Shown here: positions 1 through 9,951 of the stretch, piece by piece | How the letters are laid out: each line of letters opens with the position of its first letter | Numbering within the stretch: position 1 is the stretch's first letter | Source of the DNA: Terriglobia bacterium | GTDB taxonomy: Bacteria; Acidobacteriota; Terriglobia; Terriglobales; Acidobacteriaceae | Assembly: GCA_963734455.1 (NCBI GenBank) | Contig: CAVTHC010000004.1 | Span: 1,852 to 65,851 of the forward strand | Direction of reading: 5' to 3' | DNA length: 64,000 bases | Notes under the pieces: model-generated | The model's database searches: none | What the model saw: the letters and a program-made list of their open reading frames with translations, nothing else | What the model was told of the DNA's origin: nothing | Position numbers and translations under genes: made by a program

Positions 1-82
1 GTTCTTGTAGCCCCGAGCGGATGCTCGGAGCTTTTGCTTTGGCCCGGGCCAACGACTAACGACTAGCGACCAACGCCCGCCT

Positions 83-2254
83 TCACGGCTTCACTCCCAA
101 CTGCCAAAACAGAAACGAATAAACATCCGTCCCATCTTCAATCTGCTTGGTAATCGGCTTGCCTTGGCCGTGGCCGGCTTTGCTGTCAATGCGCAGCAGA
201 ATGGGACGCTCGCGGCTTCGTCCATTCGCGGCTTCGGCCTGCATCAGCGCTGCCATCTTTTTCGCGTGCATGGGGTCGACGCGGCTGTCGCTGTCTGCGG
301 TCATGAACATGATTGCGGGATATTCCGCGCCCGGCTTTACGTGATGGTAGGGCGAGTAGGCGTAGAGCCAGTCGAATTGTTTGGCGTCGTCGGCGGAGCC
401 GTATTCCGGGACCCAGAATTTGGCGATCAGAAAATTCTGGTAGCGCAGCATGTCGAGCAGCGGGACCTGGCAGACCACGGCGCGAAACAGGTCAGGACGC
501 TGCGTGATCATGGCGCCCATGAGCAGGCCGCCATTCGATCCGCCCTGGATGGCCAGGTGATCTTTGTCGGTATATTTCTGGGCGATCAGGAATTCGGCGG
601 CGGCGATGAAGTCGTCGAAAACATTCTGCTTTTTGTCCAGCATGCCGGCGCGATGCCAGTCTTCGCCGAATTCCGATCCGCCGCGCAGGTTGGCGACCGC
701 GAAAACGCCGCCGTGCTCCAGCCATAGATCACGTCCGCCGGAAAACGCCGGAGTCAGGCTCACGTTGAAGCCGCCGTAGCCGGTGAGCATCGTGGGATTC
801 TTGCCGTCCAGTTTGATCCCCTTTTTGTGGAAGACGAACATCGGGACTTTGGTGCCGTCCTTCGAGGTGTACCAGACCTGCTTCACCTCATACGCCGAGG
901 GATCGATGCCGGGGGTGGCGACCTTGTCCCACAGCGAAGTTTTGCGCGAGGCGAGGTCGACCTGATAGACCGACGGCGGCACGGTGAACGACTGGAATCC
1001 GAAGAACGTCTCCTTGCGGTCCCAGCGGCCGCCGAGCCCGTCGATCGAGCCGATGCCCGGCAGTTCGACGTCGCCCAGCGCTTTGCCTTCGAGATCGAAC
1101 AGCTTGAGCTGCGAGCTGGCGTTGTGCTCGTACTGGGCCAGGATTTTTCCGTCCACAATGCCGGCGCCCTTCAGAATGCCGTCCGCCTCCGGAATAATTT
1201 CCTTCCAGTTGGCGCGCGCGGGATTGGCCGCATCCACCACGAACAGATGGAAGTGCGGCGCGCCTTCGTTGGTCGTGATGTAAATCTTGCCGCGGAAGAT
1301 TTCGCCGTTGTAATGAAAATCCTTGCCGCTGGTGAGTTCGACGGGAGGCGTTCCGGCTTTCAGGTCCTGCAAAAAAAGCTCGTTCTTGCCCGCGGAGCCC
1401 TGATACGAAGTCAGCAGCAGCCAGCGATCATCGTCGTCGGGCAGCTGCGAGACCAGGATCTCTTCTTTCTTGCGGCCTTCGCCCCAGATCAGCGGATCGT
1501 TTTTCGGATCGGTCCCAAGCGCGTGATAGAAGATGTGCAGGTAGTAGACGTCGTCGCCCTCGGGCACGTCGCCCTTGTTGGGATTGCGTCCGTAATAGAA
1601 GCCGGAATTGTCCTTCTTCCACGCCACCTGGGCGATGCGAGTCTGCCCGATTTTGTCCGGCAGCAGCTTGCCGGTGGCCGTCTCAATGATGTACAGGGTG
1701 CTGTTTTCCGAGCCGCTGGCCGAGGTGCCGTAAGCGACGTACTTGCCATCGTCAGACGGGAACCACCAGTCGAGCGCCACGGTGCCGTCGGCGGACATCT
1801 GGTTGGCGTCGACCAGCCGCCGGTCTTTTCCATGCAGGCCTTCCCGCACCAGCAGCACCGGCTGGTTCTCGGTGCCCTCGCGCCGGATATAAAAGAAGTA
1901 AGGCCCGGCGAGCTGCGGCGTCCCGATCGTGCCAATCGAAAGCAGTTGGGTCAGCCGATCGTGGATGCGGTCGCGCCCCGGCAGCGGATCCAGCAGGCTG
2001 CGGGTGTACGCCATCTCATCGCGAACGTAAGCCTGCGAGTCCGGACTGTTGGCATCCTCCAACCAGCGGTAGGGATCGGCGATCTTGTGCCCATGAATGG
2101 TATCGACGATCGTGTCCACCTTGGCCTGGGGAGGCCCCGCGGACGGGCTGGTGCTGGGAGCGGTATCATCCGCCGCCCACGCCAGTGCGGCCATCAGGGA
2201 AAGGCAAGCGACCATCCAGAGCAAACGGGAACCTCCTGGCATAAAGCACCTCAC
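83..2254 (-). CDS. prolyl oligopeptidase (S9A serine peptidase), probably secreted
   Basis: 723-aa ORF. Signal-like N-terminus LLWMVACLSLMAALAWA. Propeller-type N-terminal half and C-terminal alpha/beta hydrolase domain with nucleophile motif GGSNGGLL, typical of prolyl endopeptidases. Confidence 0.9.
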   Translation of the reverse strand: MRCFMPGGSRLLWMVACLSLMAALAWAADDTAPSTSPSAGPPQAKVDTIVDTIHGHKIADPYRWLEDANSPDSQAYVRDEMAYTRSLLDPLPGRDRIHDRLTQLLSIGTIGTPQLAGPYFFYIRREGTENQPVLLVREGLHGKDRRLVDANQMSADGTVALDWWFPSDDGKYVAYGTSASGSENSTLYIIETATGKLLPDKIGQTRIAQVAWKKDNSGFYYGRNPNKGDVPEGDDVYYLHIFYHALGTDPKNDPLIWGEGRKKEEILVSQLPDDDDRWLLLTSYQGSAGKNELFLQDLKAGTPPVELTSGKDFHYNGEIFRGKIYITTNEGAPHFHLFVVDAANPARANWKEIIPEADGILKGAGIVDGKILAQYEHNASSQLKLFDLEGKALGDVELPGIGSIDGLGGRWDRKETFFGFQSFTVPPSVYQVDLASRKTSLWDKVATPGIDPSAYEVKQVWYTSKDGTKVPMFVFHKKGIKLDGKNPTMLTGYGGFNVSLTPAFSGGRDLWLEHGGVFAVANLRGGSEFGEDWHRAGMLDKKQNVFDDFIAAAEFLIAQKYTDKDHLAIQGGSNGGLLMGAMITQRPDLFRAVVCQVPLLDMLRYQNFLIAKFWVPEYGSADDAKQFDWLYAYSPYHHVKPGAEYPAIMFMTADSDSRVDPMHAKKMAALMQAEAANGRSRERPILLRIDSKAGHGQGKPITKQIEDGTDVYSFLFWQLGVKP

Positions 2255-2388
2255 AGAATCAGACGTACACCGGCGCCAGGGGTTAGGGTATCAAAATTCA
2301 AACCGGGCAGTTTTGAGCAACTCCGCCCGGATGCTAATATGGATGCCAGCAGTTCAAGCGACGCGTCTTCAGCCGCGTCCCGCCACAC

Positions 2389-2465
<77 letters not shown>

Positions 2466-2508
2466 CTTTCAATGGCTTACGCCAGCCTGCAATCACTAGC
2501 GCAATCAG

Positions 2509-3615
2509 TTAAGCGGGTCGGCTCAATGCCAGCCCCACAATCTTGGAGTGCGCCTGCCCCATCTCGTCGGTCACAACGTCGCCATAGATGTTCATCGTCG
2601 TTCTGATGTCGCTATGCCGCATCAGCTTTTGTTGAACAGCGATTGGAGTCCCGACGGCATCCAGCCAGCTACGGTAGGTATGCCGAAAGGCGTGAGTGCC
2701 GAGATGCCCGATTCCCGCTTCCTTGGTTGCCCGCTCAAGTTCGCGCCAAAACCCCGTGTACGAATAGGGAAGGCGGCCCCGCTTCAAAGGGCTGGCAAAG
2801 ATCCAGTCCTCTTCGGCTGAGAATTGCGTGGTCTGCTTCCAGACCCGTAGTACCTCCAGCAGGCCCTTGTCGATTGCCAGGGACTTGCGAGACGAATCGG
2901 TCTTCACATCATCCACAATCTGCTTGACGATGCCCCGCTCAATGTTCAGCTTGGCACCGAGCCAGTCCACGTCTCGCCACTTCAGGGCAAGCAGTTCTGA
3001 GACTCGCAATCCCAAACAGACTGACACCAGAGCCATCGTGTTGAATGGTGTCTTCAGGAATGCAATCAGTCTCTGGAACTGCTCCACAGTGAGGCTTCGC
3101 GGTTTGCGAATCCGTCTTGTAGTACCCTTCACCACTACAAGGTCGATGGGGTTGCGTGCCACTTCCAGCACACCGCACCACATCGCAAACTCCATCAAGG
3201 CGCGAAGCAAGTTGCGAACGTGAGACCTGCTCTTGGGTGACAAATCGAGCTGGCGAAGCCAGAGTTCAACGGGTCTCGGCTGTACGTCACTGATAGACTT
3301 GTCGCCCCAGTGAGGCAAAATGTGGTTACGCAGCCATGAGCGATACACGCGAGAGGTCTCTGAACGCGACGGCATCCTTTCGGATTGGTAACGTTGAGCC
3401 AACTCTTTCACCGTGTGCGCTTGGCTGCTTGGTTTATTGACAACCGTCTGACGAAACGACTCTGCTGCTTGCCATGCGGCTGTCTTCGTTGGAAAGTCGC
3501 GTAACGAACCGATCAACTTGGTTCGGCGGACTCCGTTTTCGCAGAATAGGTAATTCCACACCCTGCGTCGCTTATCGCAAACAACAGATCCCTGCTTGTG
3601 CCGTGCTCGTTTCAT
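2509..3615 (-). CDS. tyrosine-type site-specific recombinase (phage integrase family)
   Basis: 368-aa ORF. C-terminal catalytic region HAFRHTYRSWL...LMRHSDIRTTMNIYGD (H-x-x-R and catalytic Y). Lies next to the tRNA gene. 4-nt overlap with the upstream excisionase-like ORF. Confidence 0.9.
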   Translation of the reverse strand: MKRARHKQGSVVCDKRRRVWNYLFCENGVRRTKLIGSLRDFPTKTAAWQAAESFRQTVVNKPSSQAHTVKELAQRYQSERMPSRSETSRVYRSWLRNHILPHWGDKSISDVQPRPVELWLRQLDLSPKSRSHVRNLLRALMEFAMWCGVLEVARNPIDLVVVKGTTRRIRKPRSLTVEQFQRLIAFLKTPFNTMALVSVCLGLRVSELLALKWRDVDWLGAKLNIERGIVKQIVDDVKTDSSRKSLAIDKGLLEVLRVWKQTTQFSAEEDWIFASPLKRGRLPYSYTGFWRELERATKEAGIGHLGTHAFRHTYRSWLDAVGTPIAVQQKLMRHSDIRTTMNIYGDVVTDEMGQAHSKIVGLALSRPA

Positions 3616-3983
3616 AGTCTCCTTTCGTTAGCGAGCACGGACGGCTGCGCCGAGCTTACCATAGGTTTCTTCTGGACTACGGCTGAGTCCAGATCCGATT
3701 GCAGGAAACGCCAGACTCGGCGCTGCGTGCCAGTGAGTGCGTAGGCTTTCAGTCTGCCTTGTCGCGCCCACAGCAGAATCGTGCGCACCTTGAAGTTGAG
3801 GTATTGTGCCGCCTCTGAGGCGGTTAGCCAGGTCGGGCGTTCCGCGTCGAACGGACCTCGGGCGACGGATTGACCGGAAGAGCGGTTAGGTTCAGAGGGT
3901 TGGGATTGTGGACACATGTTTGACTCCGTGGCGGCGGAGGCCGCCGTACAATTGATATTTCGCTTTTCTTCTTTCGCTTCCAT
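3612..3983 (-). CDS. excisionase-family helix-turn-helix DNA-binding protein (start may be the internal Met at 3917)
   Basis: C-terminal segment WLTASEAAQYLNFKVRTILLWARQGRLKAYALTGTQRRVWRFLQSDL resembles excisionase/MerR-type HTH proteins. Translationally coupled to the integrase. Confidence 0.6.
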   Translation of the reverse strand: MEAKEEKRNINCTAASAATESNMCPQSQPSEPNRSSGQSVARGPFDAERPTWLTASEAAQYLNFKVRTILLWARQGRLKAYALTGTQRRVWRFLQSDLDSAVVQKKPMVSSAQPSVLANERRL

Positions 3984-4140
3984 AGTTGCGGGTTGAATTG
4001 GAACCGCGAAGGTTCAGTCAAGGGCGAGCGGAGGGAGCCGCGCCAGCGGGCCTGCCCCTTGACGGGTTCTTCGCAGTTCCGGTTGCGTTCATGTGGAAGC
4101 GAAAGAAGACGTTGGATGCGTGGGATGTTGTTTGTGCGCT

Positions 4141-4992
4141 TCATTGCGCCGCCTGATCGGGTGATGTGGGCTTGCGCTGCGTTTTGTGCATGGAGCGAGT
4201 TGCTGTCGCGTTTGATGGTGTGTCCGGCGGCCTCGATGGAGCCACGACCGTGTTCGGGGTTGGTTCCGGTGCTGTTGAATTGATCCAGCGGTAGTACAGG
4301 GTTCCCAGCGCAAATCCCACAGCGAGAGCGGCACTGCACAGAGCGAGGACCGACCACTTGTATTCTCGAAGGAAGGTGTGCGTTAGATCGTGTGCTGCTC
4401 GCTTCGCGGTGGCCGTGGCATACTCGATGCTTGCGCGGATTTCATCGAGGGCCCTGCGGGCATCGCTGGCAGCGCCTCGATAGGAATCCGTCAGTTCCTT
4501 CGACGAGCGATCAAACTCTCCAGCGACTTGCTTCGTTTGTTTCGAGATGACGGCTAGGGCTTGTGCTGTTTCAGGAATGCCACTTGCCACAAACTGCTGG
4601 CGCAGACTCTCGCTGAGTTTCGCGGCAATAGCTGCGGCACTGATGCCCTCAGAGATTTCTGCTGGCAATTGCGCCAGCCGTTCTTCGAGTTGCCGGTGCA
4701 AAGCGACTGCATCTTGTCGGGCGGACTGAATGACCTTGATGCTCTGCTCTAAGATCGTGGCAAGCTTTTCCCGTTCAGTGGCGATCTGTGCGGGAGTTTG
4801 CCGCGTCACCAATGCGAGAAAGCCCATAGCGCGGGCAATCCGTAGCATCTCGTCATCGGCGGGCAAGCGGCGCAAGTGCGCCATGTCACGATACCAAAGC
4901 GGACGCTGTTCGGCGGGCAGCAGTTCGGCGATGTCATCGATGAAATCGGACTCAGCAGATTGTTCTTCTACGAGTTTGGGCTGGGCGTTCAC
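4141..4992 (-). CDS. hypothetical coiled-coil protein with a C-terminal transmembrane segment
   Basis: 283-aa ORF overlapping the parA-like stop by 4 nt. Long helical A/E/Q/R-rich region, then hydrophobic WSVLALCSAALAVGFALGTLYY. I recognise no family. Confidence 0.5.
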   Translation of the reverse strand: MNAQPKLVEEQSAESDFIDDIAELLPAEQRPLWYRDMAHLRRLPADDEMLRIARAMGFLALVTRQTPAQIATEREKLATILEQSIKVIQSARQDAVALHRQLEERLAQLPAEISEGISAAAIAAKLSESLRQQFVASGIPETAQALAVISKQTKQVAGEFDRSSKELTDSYRGAASDARRALDEIRASIEYATATAKRAAHDLTHTFLREYKWSVLALCSAALAVGFALGTLYYRWINSTAPEPTPNTVVAPSRPPDTPSNATATRSMHKTQRKPTSPDQAAQ

Positions 4993-5780
4993 GGCAAGAG
5001 CAACCCCTTGGCTTTGTCAATTTCCTCAAAGAGCCGACGCCGATAGCTCTGAGCGCGAATGACCAGTGAGGCTCTCTGCAACTCCGGGACTTTAAGCCGG
5101 CGTTCGACGATCTGGCCGAGTGTGACGCCGTGCTGTCGGGCGGGGTTTTCGAGTTCCGGCAGACGAAACTCCATCGTGAGGACAACTGGCTGGAAGACTG
5201 TGCGAAATTGCTTAGCTTGCTCGCTGTCCCGCCAGTAGGAGAAATCTGCTTGATGTGTCATGGCATTCTCAACCACGACGTAGTTCACTCTGTCTTGCAG
5301 ACGGGCAGCCCAGCTCAGAATGCTCTCCACGCTCGCCGGGTCGGGAGTGACAATGCCGATGGCCGTGAACGCCACACCGGTAGCTGCCACATCCTCAAAC
5401 ATGCTGTCGAACCACTCGTGGGTCACTTGACCGGAGCTAGCGCCCATGTCTGCGAGAATGATGGGAGCGCCGTCGGCTAGGTGGTCAACGAACGCGTCGA
5501 GGCCCGCAGAGGTGTGAATGTTCACCTTGGTCACCTTGCCATCGAAATAGTGCTTCAAACTTCCGCGCGATTTGTTCTCCGTGTCGAGGTCGAGAAGCGT
5601 GACCGGAATCTCATGACTCTCGAACCATTCGGCGAGAACGAGCATGAAGCTCGTTTTGCCGACTCCTCCTTTTCCTCCCATGGTGAGAATCACGCGCGTG
5701 GACGGGGCGGGGGACGGGACGACAGAAGGTGGATCGGAATTCTTCCGTTGGGCTGTTGCAGCAGTGTTGGAGTCGTACAT
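4989..5780 (-). CDS. ParA/MinD-like P-loop ATPase
   Basis: Deviant Walker A GGKGGVGKTS in a 263-aa ORF, in a mobile-element backbone context. Confidence 0.8.
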   Translation of the reverse strand: MYDSNTAATAQRKNSDPPSVVPSPAPSTRVILTMGGKGGVGKTSFMLVLAEWFESHEIPVTLLDLDTENKSRGSLKHYFDGKVTKVNIHTSAGLDAFVDHLADGAPIILADMGASSGQVTHEWFDSMFEDVAATGVAFTAIGIVTPDPASVESILSWAARLQDRVNYVVVENAMTHQADFSYWRDSEQAKQFRTVFQPVVLTMEFRLPELENPARQHGVTLGQIVERRLKVPELQRASLVIRAQSYRRRLFEEIDKAKGLLLP

Positions 5781-5786
5781 ATATGG

Positions 5787-6242
5787 CTACTCCTTCGTTC
5801 TCTGATTACGCTGAAGCCGCAACGGTTCGTCTGGGTTGTATTCAAACCAAAGTTTTTTCGCCCGCGTTTTCAGCGGTCGGTCTTTCAATTCCTTAATCGT
5901 CCTTGCAATGCCTTCCAGTGCCTTCTGAGGCCTTCCAGTGCTCTTGTCGTCCTCTGTGTCCTTGTAAGTACCTGTAAGTCCTTCCATGTTCTTCCTAGTC
6001 GCTGTTGTTCTCGAGGTCGAGAGCGACGGCTTCGCTTTTGACTTCGAACGTGCGAGCACAAAATCATTCACGGTGCTCACGCCCACCTTGAAGCCACAGG
6101 ATTTCTTGAGTACCTGCGCGATTTCACGATAGGTGCGGCCTCGTTTTCGCATCTCAGTAATTAACTCGCTGTACGGTTCCAAACGTGAGCGGGGTTCCTT
6201 GGTGGGCAGGCTGTTCAGTATGGCTTCAAATTTGGTGTCCAC
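5787..6242 (-). CDS. small DNA-binding (HTH) protein, function unknown
   Basis: N-terminal segment ELITEMRKRGRTYREIAQVLKKSCGFKVGVSTVNDFV looks like a resolvase/sigma-4-type HTH. Diverges from the relaxase gene across the candidate oriT. Confidence 0.5.
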   Translation of the reverse strand: MDTKFEAILNSLPTKEPRSRLEPYSELITEMRKRGRTYREIAQVLKKSCGFKVGVSTVNDFVLARSKSKAKPSLSTSRTTATRKNMEGLTGTYKDTEDDKSTGRPQKALEGIARTIKELKDRPLKTRAKKLWFEYNPDEPLRLQRNQRTKE

Positions 6243-6329
6243 GATTTCCTCCGAATGGGTGGTCTACAAGCTGGACTCGGGCGAAAGGTCGCTACTGATA
6301 CAGACGCCGAACGGAGGCCGAAGGGATGG

Positions 6330-6449
6330 CCGGACAAACACCGGATATGAACCGGATGTACACCGGACAAAGGCCGGTTGCACACCGGACACCTTACAGG
6401 TCGCGCACGTGGCACCGGACCTAACGCGAAGCGTTAGGGATGGTGTCTT
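6330..6449 (+). promoter_or_regulatory. candidate oriT / relaxosome assembly region
   Basis: CCGG(A/T) motifs start at 6330, 6341, 6352, 6363, 6374 and 6385 (exact 11-bp phasing), with another at 6415. Perfect 8-bp hairpin CCTAACGC-GAA-GCGTTAGG at 6420-6438. Followed by GGGATGGTGTCTT (6437-6449), 32 nt upstream of the relaxase start. Confidence 0.5.
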
Positions 6450-6480
6450 TCTGCAAGTGAGAAGTTAAAGGCTCCCGACC

Positions 6481-9351
6481 ATGCTTACCATTCGCGCCAT
6501 GTCCGACGGAACAGGCTACTCCGCACGCCATTTGGAGCATAGCGATTACTATGCCGAAGGCGAGCGCGTCACGGGCCAATGGCAGGGGCGAGGAGCGGAG
6601 TTGCTCGGACTGGCCGGGAAGGTTCAGTCGGAGCACTTTGAGGCACTGCGCCAGGGCCTCGATCCCCAAAGCGGCGAGTTCCTCCGGCAGCGCCACAGCG
6701 CCGACCGCACCGCCGCTGACGGCAGCACCCAAAGCCGAGGCCGAAACCTGTACGACTTCACGATGTCGGCTCCCAAGTCGGTTTCAATCATGGCCGAAGT
6801 GGGTGGGGATGCCAGACTGACGGAAGCGCATCGGAAGGCCGTTCAAGAAACGCTGAAGGAGTTGGAATGTCAAGCTGCAAGCCGGGTCCGAAGGCATGGG
6901 GCGAATGATAACCGCATCACGAGTAATCTTGTATTGGCCGTCTACCATCACGACACCAGCCGCGAACTTGACCCTCAGCTTCACACCCACGCGGTTGCCG
7001 CTAATCTGACCTATGACGGCGCTGAGGGCTGTTGGAAAGCTCTTCAAGCCTCTGGTATCTACGAGCAACGGGCTTACCTTACCGAGGTGTACCGGAACGC
7101 CTTGGCCCGCGAGGTGCGCTCTCTGGGTTACGGGATTGACGACCGGCGTAGCTCCAAAGGCAAGAACCTGGGCTTTGAGATCAAGGGTGTGTCGGATGAA
7201 TTGCTCGAAAAGTACAGCCAGCGCAGCGAGCAGCGCGACCAGGCGATTGCCGAGTTTGTCGAGAGTAAGGGTCGTCAGCCCAGCGACAACGAAATCGCCG
7301 TGCTGGTTCGTGAGTCGCGGGCCGATAAGCTGGTTGAGATTTCAACTGCAGAAGTGTATTCGCGCCAAGCCGCTCGCTTGACCCCAGAAGAGAGCCTAGC
7401 CCTTGAACGAATCCGCGGAACAGTCCTGGAGAGATCCCACACGGTGCGACCAGAACTGGCGAGCGCAGTTCCTTCGCTCGACTACGCCAAGCAGCACGTT
7501 TTTGAGCGTGTCTCCGTGGCGCTTGATCACGAACTGTTGACGGATGCACTTCGTCATGGCCGTGGCCGGATTGACTTGTCGGAACTGAAAGGAGAGTTTT
7601 CACTAGAGGAAAGCGCTGGCAAAATCCTGCGGGCTGGGAAGGAAGTCGCCACCCGCGAGAGTCTTGACCGTGAGCGGGACATGATCGAGCGGATCAATCG
7701 CGGGGTCGGTCAGTTTCAACGATTGGGCGGAGAGAATGAATTCGCTGCTTCCGAGTTCCTCCGTCCCGAGCAGAAAGAAGCAATCGAATTTGTTCTCAAT
7801 TCGCGTGACCTGGCGGTGAACATTCGCGGGGCGGCAGGCACCGGGAAAACCGTTACGCTGCAAGAGCTGCAGCGCGGCCTCGAAGAGAGTGGTCGCCGTG
7901 TGTTGGCGGTGGCTCCCACGATGAGCGCGGTTGAAGAACTGCAGAAAGTCGGCTTCGCGGATGCCATCACGGTGGAACGGCTGTTACAGGGCCAGAGTGC
8001 TCAAACAGACTTGTTCGGGAAAACGCTGATCGTGGATGAAGCAGGCATGGTTTCCGGTCGTCAAATGTCCGAGCTACTAAAGCTGGCCGACGAGCAATCA
8101 ACGCGAATCATCTTCAGTGGTGACACCAAGCAGATTCGAAGTGTCGAGGCCAGCGATGCTCTTCGGGTGCTGGAAAGAGAATCTCACTTAAAGAGTGTTT
8201 CGCTTAGCGAAGTGCGACGGCAGACCGCCCAAGGCTATCGCGACGCGATTCAGGAATTGCGCCGTGATCCTGAGCGCGGCTTCGAAAAGTTGGAACAAAT
8301 TGGTGCGGTGCGTGAGGTCCCCTGGTCCGACCGGGCACAGGCAGTTCAGCAAGCTTACTTAGAGAGTCAGGCGCAGGCCAATGCGAAGGGCCAACCACGC
8401 AGTGTGCTGGTTGTCGCCGCCACACACGAAGAGATTGGCCATATCACCGAAGCTATTCGCGCTGAGCGCACGCGCACGGGTGAACTGGGACAGAGTAGCC
8501 ACGAGCAGCACCACGTGCCACTGAACTGGACGAGTGCGGAGAAAAGTGACCTGCGGAACTATGCTGAAGGTCAGGTGCTGGAATTTCATCGGGCGGTCAA
8601 GGGCGTTGCTAGACATGAATCGCTGGAAGTCATCGGAGTGGAAAACGGCAAGGTCGTTGCCCGCAACGCGCGCGGCGAAGAGCACGAGTTCACAGCGAAG
8701 CAAGCGAAATGCTTTGAGGTCTATGAGCGCCGTGCCATTGAAATTGCTCCCAATGACAAGTTACTGCTGATGGCAAATCGGCGCGATCCTGATTTTCGCG
8801 CTACCAATGGCGAGCTGGTGACAGTTTCCCGAATTGACGAGCAGGGGCGCATTCATCTACAAGATAGCCGCACTCTACCGGAGAATTACAAGCAATTCAC
8901 ACACGGTTACGCTATCACCGCCCATCGTAGCCAGGGGAAGTCTGTGGATGCGGTTGTCATCTCCGCTGATGGGATGCGAAAGGAGTTGTTCTACGTAGCT
9001 GCGTCGCGGGGCCGGGAGAGCATCACGGTTGTGACCAGCGATAAAGACTTGCTGCGGGAGTCGGTAGCAAGCTCAGTCGCCCGGCAATCTGCTTCCGAAT
9101 TGTCGCGCAAAGCGCAAGGACCTTCAATGGAAAGGCTGAAACCGTCTTTACGCGAGCATGAACGCCGCGAACTGCCGGTTGCCCTTGAGCGGGGGTGCGA
9201 TAACGTACTCGAAGGAAAGGCGGAACTTAGAAAAGCTCCCACCCCCGAGACTGTGCAGACTATCGACCGGGAGAAACCCAGTTGCGAGCAGAAGCAGGAA
9301 CAATTCATAGACCCGGGACACTACTTCGGCATCAGCCGGTTAAGCCGGTAG
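6481..9351 (+). CDS. MOBF-family conjugative relaxase with C-terminal RecD/TraA-like helicase (TrwC/TraI type)
   Basis: 956-aa ORF. N-terminal relaxase motifs (YYAEG..., MSAPKSVS, histidine triad HHDTSRELDPQLHTHAV). Helicase Walker A GAAGTGKT and Walker B LIVDEAGMV. Confidence 0.9.
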   Translation: MLTIRAMSDGTGYSARHLEHSDYYAEGERVTGQWQGRGAELLGLAGKVQSEHFEALRQGLDPQSGEFLRQRHSADRTAADGSTQSRGRNLYDFTMSAPKSVSIMAEVGGDARLTEAHRKAVQETLKELECQAASRVRRHGANDNRITSNLVLAVYHHDTSRELDPQLHTHAVAANLTYDGAEGCWKALQASGIYEQRAYLTEVYRNALAREVRSLGYGIDDRRSSKGKNLGFEIKGVSDELLEKYSQRSEQRDQAIAEFVESKGRQPSDNEIAVLVRESRADKLVEISTAEVYSRQAARLTPEESLALERIRGTVLERSHTVRPELASAVPSLDYAKQHVFERVSVALDHELLTDALRHGRGRIDLSELKGEFSLEESAGKILRAGKEVATRESLDRERDMIERINRGVGQFQRLGGENEFAASEFLRPEQKEAIEFVLNSRDLAVNIRGAAGTGKTVTLQELQRGLEESGRRVLAVAPTMSAVEELQKVGFADAITVERLLQGQSAQTDLFGKTLIVDEAGMVSGRQMSELLKLADEQSTRIIFSGDTKQIRSVEASDALRVLERESHLKSVSLSEVRRQTAQGYRDAIQELRRDPERGFEKLEQIGAVREVPWSDRAQAVQQAYLESQAQANAKGQPRSVLVVAATHEEIGHITEAIRAERTRTGELGQSSHEQHHVPLNWTSAEKSDLRNYAEGQVLEFHRAVKGVARHESLEVIGVENGKVVARNARGEEHEFTAKQAKCFEVYERRAIEIAPNDKLLLMANRRDPDFRATNGELVTVSRIDEQGRIHLQDSRTLPENYKQFTHGYAITAHRSQGKSVDAVVISADGMRKELFYVAASRGRESITVVTSDKDLLRESVASSVARQSASELSRKAQGPSMERLKPSLREHERRELPVALERGCDNVLEGKAELRKAPTPETVQTIDREKPSCEQKQEQFIDPGHYFGISRLSR

Positions 9352-9951
9352 CTTGATCACGAAAGCGTAGCCGATATGCATACCTTGGCAATCGTCGCCA
9401 AACATTACAGTGGCGGGTCGCACAAGTGGCGGTAAACCGTTAGGGATCAGTACCACGACCCAGCCGAGCCGGGAAGGAGTTCCGCCCTGGGTCGCGTCGG
9501 TCGCATCGGGATCAGTGGCTCGACACTGTGTTCCTGCTGATGCACTGGCTCTTCCGTGGGTTCTGCTGTGGGTTCTGCTGTTCCAGTTCCACTCTAGGTA
9601 CTGGCGCACGGTTTGGTTTACCTGCGCCTCGTCCCGAGCAGGTGGGCCGTCATGGACAAGAGCGTCAAACTCGGTCGGAAAGCCGACTAGTAGAAAATGT
9701 CCAAGCTGTGATTCTCCTGTGAAATCAACGCGTCTGGCAATGCCCTCACAACTCTTATTCTGATTTCAGAACAAGCCAACTTTTCTAGATTTTTCCACAG
9801 CCTCTTCGATTAGATTGCTGCTTCTCTTTTTGCAACTTTGGTCTCTCGTGCGCGAGGAACAGCCCAGGCTCTACCCCGTGACGCTCGTAGAAGAACAGCA
9901 ATCCGTTTTGAACAGAGCCGGAAACATGCGCCAATAGCGTCAGGAGCGACA

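Noticed and set aside
5972-5987. 16-nt exact match CTGTAAGTCCTTCCAT between 5972-5987 (inside the HTH gene) and 25392-25407 (just inside attR).
   Set aside because: About 0.5 exact 16-mer repeats are expected by chance in 64 kb. The flanks do not align. I do not take this as evidence for a second att or end sequence.
9556-9579. Tandem 12-mer GTGGGTTCTGCT x2 in the 600-bp gap between the relaxase and rhs.
   Set aside because: Only two copies with no further structure. Probably a slippage duplication.
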